A stretch of 64,000 bases of DNA from Candidatus Woesearchaeota archaeon (GCA_964437555.1 CAYTHI010000001.1:35149-99148); one strand, 5' to 3'; counted from the stretch's first letter, positions 39,146 to 48,639 are shown. Made by a program: numbers and translations. The notes: generated by a model from the sequence alone, not told the origin.

Positions 39146-41413
39146 CTAATTATCCGGCTTAATTTCCAATAAAGATGCTTCGCACAAAGGCTCATTAATC
39201 AAGAAGGTAGAAGTGGCAACACTCGCATCCTTATATTGCCCGCCTTTAACAGCTCTAACATAGCACCCTATATAATTATTAGCCCCTTCGGGCCAGCCAA
39301 CATCACTGATAGAATTAACATTCGCGCTATACCTGCCATTTCCTAAATCATCCATAGTTATGTTTTCCATGTAAGAATATCTTAAATCAGGAGCCACAGG
39401 ATTGAAATCAGTATCTTCGTTATTCAGGCTTGGGCAGGTAGGAGGGATATTCCTATTTCTTAAAGTTGGAGGCCATGCGTTTCTATTATTATTGAAAGGA
39501 GGATAATCATCTAAGTCTCCCTGTGTACACCATAGCTCAACTCTTACGTCACTGAAATCATTAGTTCCTGTAATTGTTGCGTTTACAATCTCATTTTCAA
39601 GATAATATTTAGCATCAACTTTTAAATAATCAGAATTTCCTGCCAATGTCTTATTAACAAGTGTCCTGAATAGGATAGCATGGTCAACAGTTCCGAATCC
39701 GTGCCCGTAATTAGGAACAGCAAGCAGTCTTAGATTAGAAGGCATGCTGTTTATAAATAAAGATTCAGCTCCTTCTGCATAAAAAGTATCTATGCTTCCA
39801 AAACTTCTTGCAACAATCTTTCCGTTCCAAAGATTAATGTCCCATTTTACAGGGTCGTAATAATCAAGCCATTTTTCTTTCCCCTGGGAAAAAACTAACT
39901 CATCCCGTTCACGTTTATAAACATCAGAAGGATAAGTATTTCCAAACAAAGAAATTCTTTGTGCTAGTAAATCCAAATAATTCCCTGCATTTGCATGCCC
40001 TATCAGTCCTGCCTTAACTCTCGGCTCTGCAACAATAAATTCCTCCATTGCACTGCCTCTCTTTGAGCCACCCATTGCAATCACATTATTGAAATTGAAA
40101 GAATAAATGTTGTCTTGGCTGTCTCTCCAATTCCCTTGGATAGCTGTCTGATTAAGCACAGCTTGAGAAACATCAATCAATCTGCTTGCAGCAACAGAAT
40201 AAAACAAAGTAGGATGCTGGTCAATATAAGGCCAACCATCATTATAATCCACAAAAGATAGCGTGTTCAAACACCCATGAACAATTGGTTCACTAGTTAA
40301 CTGGCCTGAACATTCATTATCGTCGCATAAAAAAGTCGGCGACCTCTCCTGTGCAAGTGCATTTAGTTTGCTCTGAATTGCGGGGGTGAACTGAATCCAT
40401 CTTCCGCTTCCTGCAGGAACAACACCATAAAATACCATTGGGACATTAAATTCTGCTACAACGGAGCCAAATGATTTCTGGAAATTGCCTTGTGTATCTG
40501 TTCCGGCATACCAAGAAGGAATTTCATTCGCGTTTCTCACTGGGTCTGTTCCCAGAGGACTGCCTCCCGAAGTGCCTGGCTGCATGCTTAATGCCAGTGT
40601 GTTTTTATTAATCTGCCTGATTGAAGGGTCAGGAACAAGTAAAACAGCCTCTGCTTCCCAATTAGAAGTAAATGGTGCATTATTATAAGACGGCTCAAAC
40701 GGCCTGAATCTAAAAGTAATAACTTTAACATTAACTCCATTGATATTTAAATCGCTAATCTGCGGAACACTCCTCACTCCAAGATTATTTCCGACAGGAT
40801 AAAGGGAATTCAATCTGGAATAAGCACCTAAAATACTTCTGTTATTTCCAGGAAGCAGCTCATCAGGAGCGCAGTAGCTTAATCCCTGCGTTCCTCCACC
40901 GCCTCCGCCTCCCCCATCGCCTCCGGCAGAGCACGCAGAAGCAAGCCCGCTAAATCCACATACAACTCCATCTCCGATTATGCTGGCGACATCAATGCTC
41001 TTTATCTCATCATCAGTAATGCCAGACAAATCAAATTTATATCTGACAGAGCCAAACTCTCTCGGAAAATCAGTGTTATTAGATAAAATAAATTCATCGT
41101 TCGCCGTCTTGAACTTAAAAACGATTTCCTTAAATTCAGTTTCTCCAGCCCCTCTTTCAACTAATATCTCATACATTCCATTATCAAGAGCATTGCAATC
41201 AGAGCTTTTCAGCTTCAGGTCAACGCACCCTATAAAATTTCTAACCTCTCCGCCTTCGTCCTTATCGCCGAAGGTTTTTGTTATTGACGGCTGGATAAAA
41301 ACCCAGAGGATTCCTATAAGGATAAGCACAATTAACATAATCAACACAATAGTAATTACTTCTGAAAGCCCTCTTTTATGCACAAGGATCTTTTCATTCC
41401 TCTTTTTATTCAT
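39146..41413 (-). CDS. large secreted protein with prepilin-like N-terminus, a conserved Cys N-module and an alpha/beta-hydrolase-like region
   Basis: 'HKRG|LSEVITIVLIMLIVLILIGILWVFIQP'. The N-terminal ~150 aa are homologous to 31735..33678 ('C.DL.LK..C...RGAG...FKT.N..ILS.N.FP.EFG'). Poly-Gly linker. 'NVIAMGGSKRGSAM'. Confidence 0.5.
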   Translation of the reverse strand: MNKKRNEKILVHKRGLSEVITIVLIMLIVLILIGILWVFIQPSITKTFGDKDEGGEVRNFIGCVDLKLKSSDCNALDNGMYEILVERGAGETEFKEIVFKFKTANDEFILSNNTDFPREFGSVRYKFDLSGITDDEIKSIDVASIIGDGVVCGFSGLASACSAGGDGGGGGGGGTQGLSYCAPDELLPGNNRSILGAYSRLNSLYPVGNNLGVRSVPQISDLNINGVNVKVITFRFRPFEPSYNNAPFTSNWEAEAVLLVPDPSIRQINKNTLALSMQPGTSGGSPLGTDPVRNANEIPSWYAGTDTQGNFQKSFGSVVAEFNVPMVFYGVVPAGSGRWIQFTPAIQSKLNALAQERSPTFLCDDNECSGQLTSEPIVHGCLNTLSFVDYNDGWPYIDQHPTLFYSVAASRLIDVSQAVLNQTAIQGNWRDSQDNIYSFNFNNVIAMGGSKRGSAMEEFIVAEPRVKAGLIGHANAGNYLDLLAQRISLFGNTYPSDVYKRERDELVFSQGKEKWLDYYDPVKWDINLWNGKIVARSFGSIDTFYAEGAESLFINSMPSNLRLLAVPNYGHGFGTVDHAILFRTLVNKTLAGNSDYLKVDAKYYLENEIVNATITGTNDFSDVRVELWCTQGDLDDYPPFNNNRNAWPPTLRNRNIPPTCPSLNNEDTDFNPVAPDLRYSYMENITMDDLGNGRYSANVNSISDVGWPEGANNYIGCYVRAVKGGQYKDASVATSTFLINEPLCEASLLEIKPDN

Positions 41414-41444
41414 CTAAAAATAAAAGAAAACACTTTATATAAAA

Positions 41445-42290
41445 TTATTGCACAGCAGCATCCGCGCTTACTGCTGGAACTTCTTCAACTTCAGAAGAAA
41501 AAGCACTCCACCACGGCTTATCAATATCAATAACTCCGTCATCAGCATCAATCTCTGCTCTCACTTCAGCTCTCTTCTCAAACAATCCAAATACTCTGAA
41601 TCTCTTTTCAGCCCTAATTTCATATCTCAATCTGCCGCTGTCATCAATTTCATCATCCTCAACTTCATCTGCAGAATCATCCTCTGCTTCATCATTAGCA
41701 TCGTCATCATCTCTGTCTCTTCCAACATCTTTTAGCACAATTGTGCAGTTATTTTCAGGAGAACAAGCATGCAATCTTAATGCTTCAAGAGCGCGGGCAG
41801 CCGCAACATCGGGCATAATTTTGATACTGGCATTCGTGCCATCCCTCAGCTTTACCCTTAATCTTGTTCGGTTCCTGTTAGAACTATCATCCCCAACCTC
41901 GTCTTCAACTTCTATCTCATCTTCCAATTCAACCTCAACTTCTTCATCTCTTACTTTAATCTTTATTATCTGCTCAATTCTTCCATCCTCTCTTTCCCTA
42001 TACTCAAATCTTATTTCTCTTTCAATTCCATCCTCACCAACAACTCTTATTCTTTCTCTTATCCTGAAAACATCTCTGCCGCTTCCGCTGCTATCATCAG
42101 AGTCATCATCTTCTCCAGAATCACTATCATCGTCTCCGTCATCGCCCCCATTTCCAGAGCCGCTACCGCTATTTCCATTTCTTCTGCCAGAACCTTCATC
42201 AGCGATAGTATAAGGAACACTTCCTATTACATAGAGTACAATAAACAAAAGAAGAAAAGCATTAATTATCTGCCTCTTTTTCATGCACAT
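41445..42290 (-). CDS. secreted, highly acidic (Asp/Glu-rich) protein with internal Arg/Glu repeats
   Basis: Signal peptide 'MKKRQIINAFLLLFIVLYVIGSV'. Asp/Glu/Ser tracts. Repeated 'R.RE.IR...E..IERE' units. Confidence 0.45.
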   Translation of the reverse strand: MCMKKRQIINAFLLLFIVLYVIGSVPYTIADEGSGRRNGNSGSGSGNGGDDGDDDSDSGEDDDSDDSSGSGRDVFRIRERIRVVGEDGIEREIRFEYREREDGRIEQIIKIKVRDEEVEVELEDEIEVEDEVGDDSSNRNRTRLRVKLRDGTNASIKIMPDVAAARALEALRLHACSPENNCTIVLKDVGRDRDDDDANDEAEDDSADEVEDDEIDDSGRLRYEIRAEKRFRVFGLFEKRAEVRAEIDADDGVIDIDKPWWSAFSSEVEEVPAVSADAAVQ

Positions 42291-42463
42291 AACAATAATT
42301 AAGAATATTTAAAGCTTAGCGGGGTATTAAGTCTAGTCCATAAGTTAACATTTTGTATAATAATTATTAATGGTAACGGTTCTTTTTAATTAATTTCTAG
42401 TTTATTATTGCGAATGATTGATGCTACTGCCCTAAGATTATATAATGTAAACTATGTTAAGTT

Positions 42464-42944
42464 AGAAGGTTTACTTTACACGGGGAGATTTATCAGGACA
42501 AAATTTACTATAATCCTCCGCCCTATCAATTCTATCAAATTCGGCCTTGCTTCTTTTAATAGCTATCTCAACTGCTTTTTCACTCTTTCTCGGTTTACGA
42601 GGAAAATAAAACTCCCTTATACAAGCATCATAACGATTTACCAGATAGCCTGTAAAAGGTTCTTCTACTCTAAATAAAGGAATTAATGCCCTGATTTTTT
42701 CTCCTGCTCTTACCGGAGAAGTCCCTTCAAAAGTCAGCTGTCTAATAGGTAAATCAGAATCAACTGGCTCAACCTACAGTTCCAATTGCCCTGTCATCCC
42801 TGCTTCATAGCTATTGCTTCCAACAACACCCTTAACAACAAATTCATGATAGGCAACCAGTTTTCTTAATGGTTTAAATATCTTTTTTAAAAGTTTAGTC
42901 TTTCTATCAATCTCTCTACGTATTGAATCCCTGTAATCCCGCAT
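42464..42944 (-). pseudogene. ~160-codon ORF interrupted by an in-frame TAG (42775..42777); unknown family
   Basis: The ATG at 42944 is followed by 55 codons ('...GMTGQLEL'), then TAG, then 103 more codons with no internal start, ending at a TAA. TAG serves as a genuine stop elsewhere in this window (the NYN gene ending at 5215). Confidence 0.4.
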
Positions 42945-42980
42945 ATTAAAAAAACCAGCTTAAAGTATTTAAAGATTTAG

Positions 42981-44156
42981 CTACCGCGTCATTATCTCCA
43001 GCCCGTCGCCATTCTTCAGCTTATAATCTTTCCCGACAGCCTTCTTTGTCTTGACATCAATTGCTTTTACAAAGTTATTTCCGATATCAGTATGCAGTCT
43101 ATAAGCAAAATCCAAAGCAGTTGAATTTGGAGGCATTAAAAAGCAATCAGGCAATATATTTCCCTTGCTATCAGACAATTTAGCACCCGCAGGATAAATT
43201 GCGACATATTTCAAAAGCTCAAAAATAGTTTTGTTCAACACGTCTTGCACTCCTGTTGAGCCAAATTCCTTAATTATTTTCTGAATATTGTCAAGCGCAT
43301 TCTTCTGTCCATCGTTTAGCTTCTTAACAACTTCAAATTTATTATCTCCTGGAATATATTCTATAAGCCCTGCCTTATCTGCCTCTCTCAAAGCTAATTC
43401 GCCCTCTGCAAAGCAGGGAATAATAGGATAATCAAATTCCTTTTTAACTCTCTCATAATTATTCTTTCCGTCAGACCTGTCAATTTTATTTGCCGCAATT
43501 ATCATGGGCTTTGTTGTTTTCCTTAATTCCTTGGCAAATTTAATCAAATTATCAGAACTCCATAAGCTTGGCTTTTCAGCATTTAAACCAGTTCTAAGCA
43601 AAACAGACTTAACATCATCTTCTGTTACCTTTAATCCTGAAAATTGCTTTGCAACTGCCTCTGCGAATTTTGATTTCTGCATTTCAACACTTCTTGCAAA
43701 CTTCTCCCATGTTTTTTTTAAAATACCAAGATACCACAAATCCAATTCCTTTTCTACTACTCTTAAATCTTTCCCGGGATAATAATTTTCTGTCGGCTTC
43801 CCTTCACTATCAAGTTCTCCGGACATATCAACAACATGAATAAATGCATCCGCAGAAGCCAAATCATTAAGAAATTCATTCCCTAATCCTTTTCCTTCAG
43901 AAGCCCCTTCAACTAAGCCAGCAACATCCATCAACTCAAATGGCACAAACCTCCAATCTTTCTTTACATAACCCTCACGAGGATTGCTATGCTTCCCGAA
44001 TTCAACAGCTAAATCCTTTATTTTCACATAAGCAATCGCATGATTTGGCTTTATTGTTGCGAATGGATAATTCGCAATTAACACGTCCATGAGCGTTGCC
44101 GCTTTAAAAAACGTTGATTTTCCTGCGTTTGGCTTGCCTAAGATGCCGACTAACAT
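42981..44156 (-). CDS. Obg/DRG/YchF-family GTPase with C-terminal TGS domain
   Basis: 'ILGKPNAGKSTFF' P-loop, 'DVAGL' G3, 'NKID' G4. C-terminal '...GDGLEIMTR' is TGS-like. Confidence 0.75.
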   Translation of the reverse strand: MLVGILGKPNAGKSTFFKAATLMDVLIANYPFATIKPNHAIAYVKIKDLAVEFGKHSNPREGYVKKDWRFVPFELMDVAGLVEGASEGKGLGNEFLNDLASADAFIHVVDMSGELDSEGKPTENYYPGKDLRVVEKELDLWYLGILKKTWEKFARSVEMQKSKFAEAVAKQFSGLKVTEDDVKSVLLRTGLNAEKPSLWSSDNLIKFAKELRKTTKPMIIAANKIDRSDGKNNYERVKKEFDYPIIPCFAEGELALREADKAGLIEYIPGDNKFEVVKKLNDGQKNALDNIQKIIKEFGSTGVQDVLNKTIFELLKYVAIYPAGAKLSDSKGNILPDCFLMPPNSTALDFAYRLHTDIGNNFVKAIDVKTKKAVGKDYKLKNGDGLEIMTR

Positions 44157-44206
44157 GCTTGAGAAAGAAATAAAGAGGTTTTAAATTTAAGGGTTTTTAA
44201 ATCGGT

Positions 44207-44695
44207 TCAAAAGAACCAGGCATATCCTTCAATAACAAGCTTAACAAGAACTGCAATCGCAAGGAAAGTGTAAGAATATCGCAGGTATTTGAATTTCTGC
44301 TCTATTATGACTGCCAAAGATTTTGTATTATTAAGGTAATCTGATATGACGTCGTCATTATTCCAACGCTTCATTTTAGTTAATAGTTTATTTGCATCTA
44401 TAGATAAAGTGTCTTTGAAATACAACAAAGAGTTTCTTCCGCTGGCCCTCATAGCTCTAGGATACAAAGTCAGGAATGCAAAATAACCTGAAACAAGAAA
44501 AGGAACAATTACTATAATAATAAGGGGCATTGAAAAAGTCGCAAAAGACCTGAAGAAATTAAAAAACAAGGATAAAATTACTCCAATTAAAACAAGAACA
44601 ATATTTGCCTTAGTATCAGCAAGCCTTATCAAATTCTGATTTTCAGAATAAGCTATTGTTAAATAATCGCTCAATAATTTCATATCAGTTTTCAT
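44207..44695 (-). CDS. 2-TM membrane protein with conserved N-terminal 'ADTKAN' motif (SLATT/2TM-effector-like, tentative)
   Basis: 'LIRLADTKANIVLVLIGVILSLFF' plus a second TM. Confidence 0.35.
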   Translation of the reverse strand: MKTDMKLLSDYLTIAYSENQNLIRLADTKANIVLVLIGVILSLFFNFFRSFATFSMPLIIIVIVPFLVSGYFAFLTLYPRAMRASGRNSLLYFKDTLSIDANKLLTKMKRWNNDDVISDYLNNTKSLAVIIEQKFKYLRYSYTFLAIAVLVKLVIEGYAWFF

Positions 44696-45028
44696 TATTA
44701 AAAATATGAATCTTGATATATAAATTTATCAGGTAAGCGACAAACGATTTATTAATGATTATATCCACTGATTTGAAAGAAGTTATCGAATTTTTTACTT
44801 CTGAAGTTATACCTGCATATTTGTGAACCTTCTATTTTATAGGGATAACTTATCTATTAATAATTTTTTATTTGGTATTTTAAGCAAGTTTGTTCAAAAG
44901 CTCTTCTCTCAAAATATCAGAATAAGAAAAATGCTCAAACCCTTTTTCCTGAAGAAAATTCATGAAAGACGTCGTGCCAGAGCACATCGGTCCAGTAACT
45001 CCGATTATCATTTAACTGGAAAAAACTT

Positions 45029-45038
45029 AAACTTTATA
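45029..45038 (+). promoter_or_regulatory. TATA-like box upstream of tRNA-Ile
   Basis: 'ctttatatat' lies at about -35..-26 relative to tRNA position 1 (45064). Confidence 0.3.
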
Positions 45039-45063
45039 TATGCTCTCCCTTTGATTTTATAAC

Positions 45064-45218
45064 GAGCCCATAGCTCAGCCCGGTTAGAGCACTGCTCTTA
45101 TAAGAGTGCGTCTCGCCAGAGACGTATCATTCGGCCTCTTAGGAGGTTGATGTTCAAGGAACCTAGGTTCCTTAACTAGGAAAGGCAGGGGTCCCAGGTT
45201 CAAATCCTGGTGGGCTCA
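45064..45218 (+). tRNA. tRNA-Ile (anticodon UAU) with ~80-nt intron at canonical 37/38 position
   Basis: Manual cloverleaf: acceptor GAGCCCA/TGGGCTC, D-arm GCTC...GAGC, anticodon stem CTGCT/GGCAG (one G-U pair), loop CTTATA^[intron 45103..45182]A, T-arm CCAGG-TTCAAAT-CCTGG, discriminator A. Confidence 0.6.
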
Positions 45219-45233
45219 TGTAATCATTAGGAT

Positions 45234-45575
45234 TTGAAAATGAATCAAATAGCACTTGATAATAGATTAACATATTTTGATATACCGCAAAAAGCAACAA
45301 ACATCGCAAGGTTAGTTGGGCTTATTTATATAGTAAGCACGATTTATTCACATAACCCTTTAGAAAATCAATTTGCAAATATATTAACTACAACAGCCGC
45401 AGCATTTGCAGCTTATTCCAGATTAGGCGTGAAAGCCGTGTTGGATATTTCAGGAGAAGCAGCAGGCATTTTAGTGGAAAAAAGCATAACCGGAACAAAC
45501 AGGGCAATAGAATCAATGCAAAACCTGGGAAGAACACTCATCAGAGGAACAATAATCCTTGAAGATTTAGTTTAA
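45234..45575 (+). CDS. hypothetical protein
   Basis: ORF only. Confidence 0.35.
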   Translation: MKMNQIALDNRLTYFDIPQKATNIARLVGLIYIVSTIYSHNPLENQFANILTTTAAAFAAYSRLGVKAVLDISGEAAGILVEKSITGTNRAIESMQNLGRTLIRGTIILEDLV

Positions 45576-45639
45576 TAATTATTTGTAAAGCAAATTCTCC
45601 GTGTAACGCGGGCTCATTATACATAATTTTTATTATTAG

Positions 45640-45960
45640 CTATGCACTTCCCAACAATCTCTTTCTCATAAAGTCTCGCCCCGAGGGGAGTGAATCTTAA
45701 GCGCAGGTCTTCCAACTCAACTAATTCTAATTGAACTAAGTGTCCAATTGCTACTGGATCAAATAAAGCAGGATGATACACAATAGATGCAGGATTAAAA
45801 TCTTATAATAAGGCCATCAAGCTTCTTTCAGAATCACTAAACATGTTATGGCTTCTTCTTTCTTTATGCACCACTTCAAAAAGATCCGGAGCTTTGCTTC
45901 TGTTATGTGCGGGCTCCTGCCCATTTTGCCCATTATGAATCATTGCAACCTTGAAATACA
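45640..45960 (-). pseudogene. possible frameshifted gene remnant downstream of the methyltransferase gene
   Basis: Two adjacent coding-like segments in different frames ('MIHNGQNGQEPAHNRSKAPDLFEVVHKERRSHNMF...' and 'DFNPASIVYHPALFDPVAIGHLVQLELVELEDLRLRFTPLGARLYEKEIVGK'), neither with a normal start/stop structure. Locally GC-richer. Confidence 0.25.
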
Positions 45961-45990
45961 GAATAGCGTATTTATATAATTATAGATAAA

Positions 45991-46947
45991 TCATTTCCTG
46001 CAGATATAAAGAGCATATTCTTTTCCTAAATCCTTTAATTGTTCTATGTCAGAGAAATATAAATCAAAAAATTCCTTCCATTCATTCTCAAAATATTTAT
46101 ATTGGCAGCCAACAATAACCTGGTCTCCTTTCTTAAAATTAATTTCATAGCGCTTATGATTTACTTTCTTATTCTTTTTTAGAATAAATCCGAATTCAAG
46201 CCTGCCATTCCTGAACCTTGGGGCATATCCAACTTCTGATTCTTTGAATCCGAGGCCTCTCATTACATGAATAAACCAATCATTAAACAGCTTGTGTTTA
46301 TACTTATCAAGCTCTACAAACCTTTCCCCTACTCTGTAGCCATTTCCAATAATAATCATATCGGACTTCCACATAGGGTCAGATAAATTATAGAGCAATT
46401 CGCTGACTTCATAGTGAGAAATAGTCTCTCCAAGGAACAAAATTACATTTCTCTGATAGTGCGGGCTTCTAACCATTCCGATTATATTTTCAAAATCCTT
46501 AAAATCAGAAAGAATCGGCTTTACTTCTATTTTTCTCGTCCTGCCAAGCTTCCTAACCTCGCCTTCTGCCTTCCTAAGAAAAAATTTACTGACATCGACA
46601 GGACAGTATCTTATCTTCACATTTTCAGGAATAGTTTTTATGAAAGCTGCTGCCTTCTTTCCATTTCCGCATCCCAAGTCAATTAAATTAAAGGGCTCAC
46701 TGCCAACATTTTTAGCTATCGTTTTCGCATTTTGATTAATAAGGTCAAATTCCGTATCTATGACCTTCATCCTATAAGGAAAATAATTCTCCAAATTGAG
46801 AAAACCTTCAGACAATTCAGGCGTGATGTACCAAACCTTAGACTCTGACATATCCCATACCTTATTCTCATTGGCAAGAGAATATCCTCTCTTAACTAAT
46901 TCTCTGAAGATTGAGTTGTCAATTTTCACAAAATTCTTAACATACAA
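45991..46947 (-). CDS. class I SAM-dependent methyltransferase (EgtD-like fold, tentative)
   Basis: Motif I 'LIDLGCGNGKKAAAF'. Length 318 aa. Confidence 0.55.
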   Translation of the reverse strand: MYVKNFVKIDNSIFRELVKRGYSLANENKVWDMSESKVWYITPELSEGFLNLENYFPYRMKVIDTEFDLINQNAKTIAKNVGSEPFNLIDLGCGNGKKAAAFIKTIPENVKIRYCPVDVSKFFLRKAEGEVRKLGRTRKIEVKPILSDFKDFENIIGMVRSPHYQRNVILFLGETISHYEVSELLYNLSDPMWKSDMIIIGNGYRVGERFVELDKYKHKLFNDWFIHVMRGLGFKESEVGYAPRFRNGRLEFGFILKKNKKVNHKRYEINFKKGDQVIVGCQYKYFENEWKEFFDLYFSDIEQLKDLGKEYALYICRK

Positions 46948-47042
46948 TCATTTTTATGTCTTGCTATTTCTCATTCATCCCAAGTCAATAGTAACTAAAA
47001 TAGGAAGGTTTAAAAGTAAATTTTTTTTAGTCACATTATTAA

Positions 47043-47115
47043 GCCCGAATAGTCTAGAGGCCAAGGACAGCGCCCTTTCGCGGCGCAAACCCGGGTTCGA
47101 ATCCCGGTTCGGGCA
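47043..47115 (+). tRNA. tRNA-Glu (anticodon UUC)
   Basis: Cloverleaf: GCCCGAA...TTCGGGC acceptor, anticodon loop CTTTCGC, T-arm CCGGG-TTCGAAT-CCCGG. Confidence 0.85.
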
Positions 47116-47252
47116 TTTTTCTATCTTTAAAAAAACCAAAAGAAAGTTTTATAAAGTTCATCAAGCCATATACCAATGATATATGCTCTGTATGGTCTTC
47201 GGGCAATACAGAGCCACTATATTCTCAATTAACAATTTTAGGCAATAACTTA

Positions 47253-47765
47253 TTAAGATGGATTGAACGATTTGCAAGCGTTTCTTAGATTAAAAGATGA
47301 ACCTGAACTAAACCATGCGTTCTCAATTTTCTTTCCCAGTTTTTTGACTCTATTAATAGGAGAGACAAAGTCTTCATCGCCGCTCACAATAATCGCAGTG
47401 TCGTAAAGATTTTCATACGCTTCGCCTACAAGATCACTTACTAAATGCGTATCATCGCCTTTCACTTCATACTCAATCTTACCATTCCTAGTAACCTTTC
47501 TTTGTTTACATAAAATTACTTCAAATTTAGGAATATTTCTTAAAATATTAAAGAACTTTTGCTGTTTCCAATAAATTGCTTGATTAACACTAATGTCCAA
47601 AGGAGAGTTGTAATAAAAAGCTTTAACAAACTCTCTGTTTCCAATTAGTTCATTAATCAACTTTTGAAAATTAACTTTATCGCTAATTTTCAATTTTTTC
47701 GAACTATGGTAAAAGTTACTGCCATCTATAAAGACAGCAACTCTCTCGGGTTTTTTCTTATCCAT
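47253..47765 (-). CDS. NYN-domain (LabA-like) protein, second paralog
   Basis: 'VAVFIDGSNF', 'KGDDTHLVSDLV' and 'AIIVSGDEDFVSPINRVKKLGKKI'. Confidence 0.6.
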   Translation of the reverse strand: MDKKKPERVAVFIDGSNFYHSSKKLKISDKVNFQKLINELIGNREFVKAFYYNSPLDISVNQAIYWKQQKFFNILRNIPKFEVILCKQRKVTRNGKIEYEVKGDDTHLVSDLVGEAYENLYDTAIIVSGDEDFVSPINRVKKLGKKIENAWFSSGSSFNLRNACKSFNPS

Positions 47766-47824
47766 TATAAAAAGAAACTTCAGAGCTTTAAGTATTTTAT
47801 CGGTTTATAAATAAAAAGCTGATT

Positions 47825-48457
47825 TCATCGCATCCAATTATCTTCCCATCTTCTGACAGAACTTTCATCAACATAAAATCTTTCTCTCTTGATGCCTTGA
47901 TGTCTCCAATCCCTGAAAAATAATCCAAATATTAATCCAACAATCATTCCCGAAAGATGAGCAAAATTCCCTGTGTTGCTTATAGGATTTCCTGTGAGGA
48001 AAGCAACAGCGCCTAAAGCATCTCCGGCACCCCATAAAATTCCAGCTATAAAAATAGGCATTGGTATTCCGAAGGCCCAGGCAGTCAGCATCGGTCTGAC
48101 AATTATCAAAGCTCCAATAATTCCGAATATTGCTCCTGAAGCTCCCAAAGATGAAAAATAAAAATTAACCGCTATGAGATTTGCTAATATTCCTGAAACA
48201 AAGAATATAAAAAGAAATTTCCTGGTCCTAACTAATCTTTCCAAAACACTTCCAAACAAAGTCAAAGCAAAAATATTGTATAAAAGATGTGCAATATCAC
48301 CATGCAAAAACATCGCAGTCAAAAATCTCCATGGCTGATACCATGAATCAGCATTTAGTAAAAAAAGCTCTGTGAAACCCGGAATTAAAAGCTGAAGCAA
48401 AAACACAATTACGCAAATTCCTGATAGCTTGAAAGCGTAATATTTGAATCTGTTCAT
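47825..48457 (-). CDS. rhomboid-family intramembrane serine protease
   Basis: 'GASGAIFGIIGA' GxSG motif and catalytic His in 'FAHLSGMIVG'. Multi-TM. Confidence 0.8.
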   Translation of the reverse strand: MNRFKYYAFKLSGICVIVFLLQLLIPGFTELFLLNADSWYQPWRFLTAMFLHGDIAHLLYNIFALTLFGSVLERLVRTRKFLFIFFVSGILANLIAVNFYFSSLGASGAIFGIIGALIIVRPMLTAWAFGIPMPIFIAGILWGAGDALGAVAFLTGNPISNTGNFAHLSGMIVGLIFGLFFRDWRHQGIKRERFYVDESSVRRWEDNWMR

Positions 48458-48542
48458 AAACTTATAAATTACTCATTTAATAAAAACCTACCTATAATCC
48501 GAATAAAAGTCTTTAAAAACTAATATCCTTGTATAATATCAT

Positions 48543-48614
48543 GGCGGTTGTAGTTTAACGGTAGAACGACGGACTGTGGCTCCGTAGACGAGGGTTCGAC
48601 TCCCTTCTTCCGCT
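48543..48614 (+). tRNA. tRNA-His-like (anticodon GUG) with possible G-1 and two U-U mismatches in the acceptor stem
   Basis: D-arm GTTT/GAAC, anticodon stem ACGGA/TCCGT with loop CTGTGGC, T-arm GAGGG-TTCGACT-CCCTT. The acceptor GCGGTTG vs CTTCCGC pairs only 5 of 7. Confidence 0.5.
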
Positions 48615-48639
48615 TTCGTAAAGACATTAAAGCGTAAAA

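Noticed and set aside
42408-42677. 89-aa plus-strand ORF
   Set aside because: Antisense to the TAG-interrupted minus-strand gene, whose frame has far better coding character.
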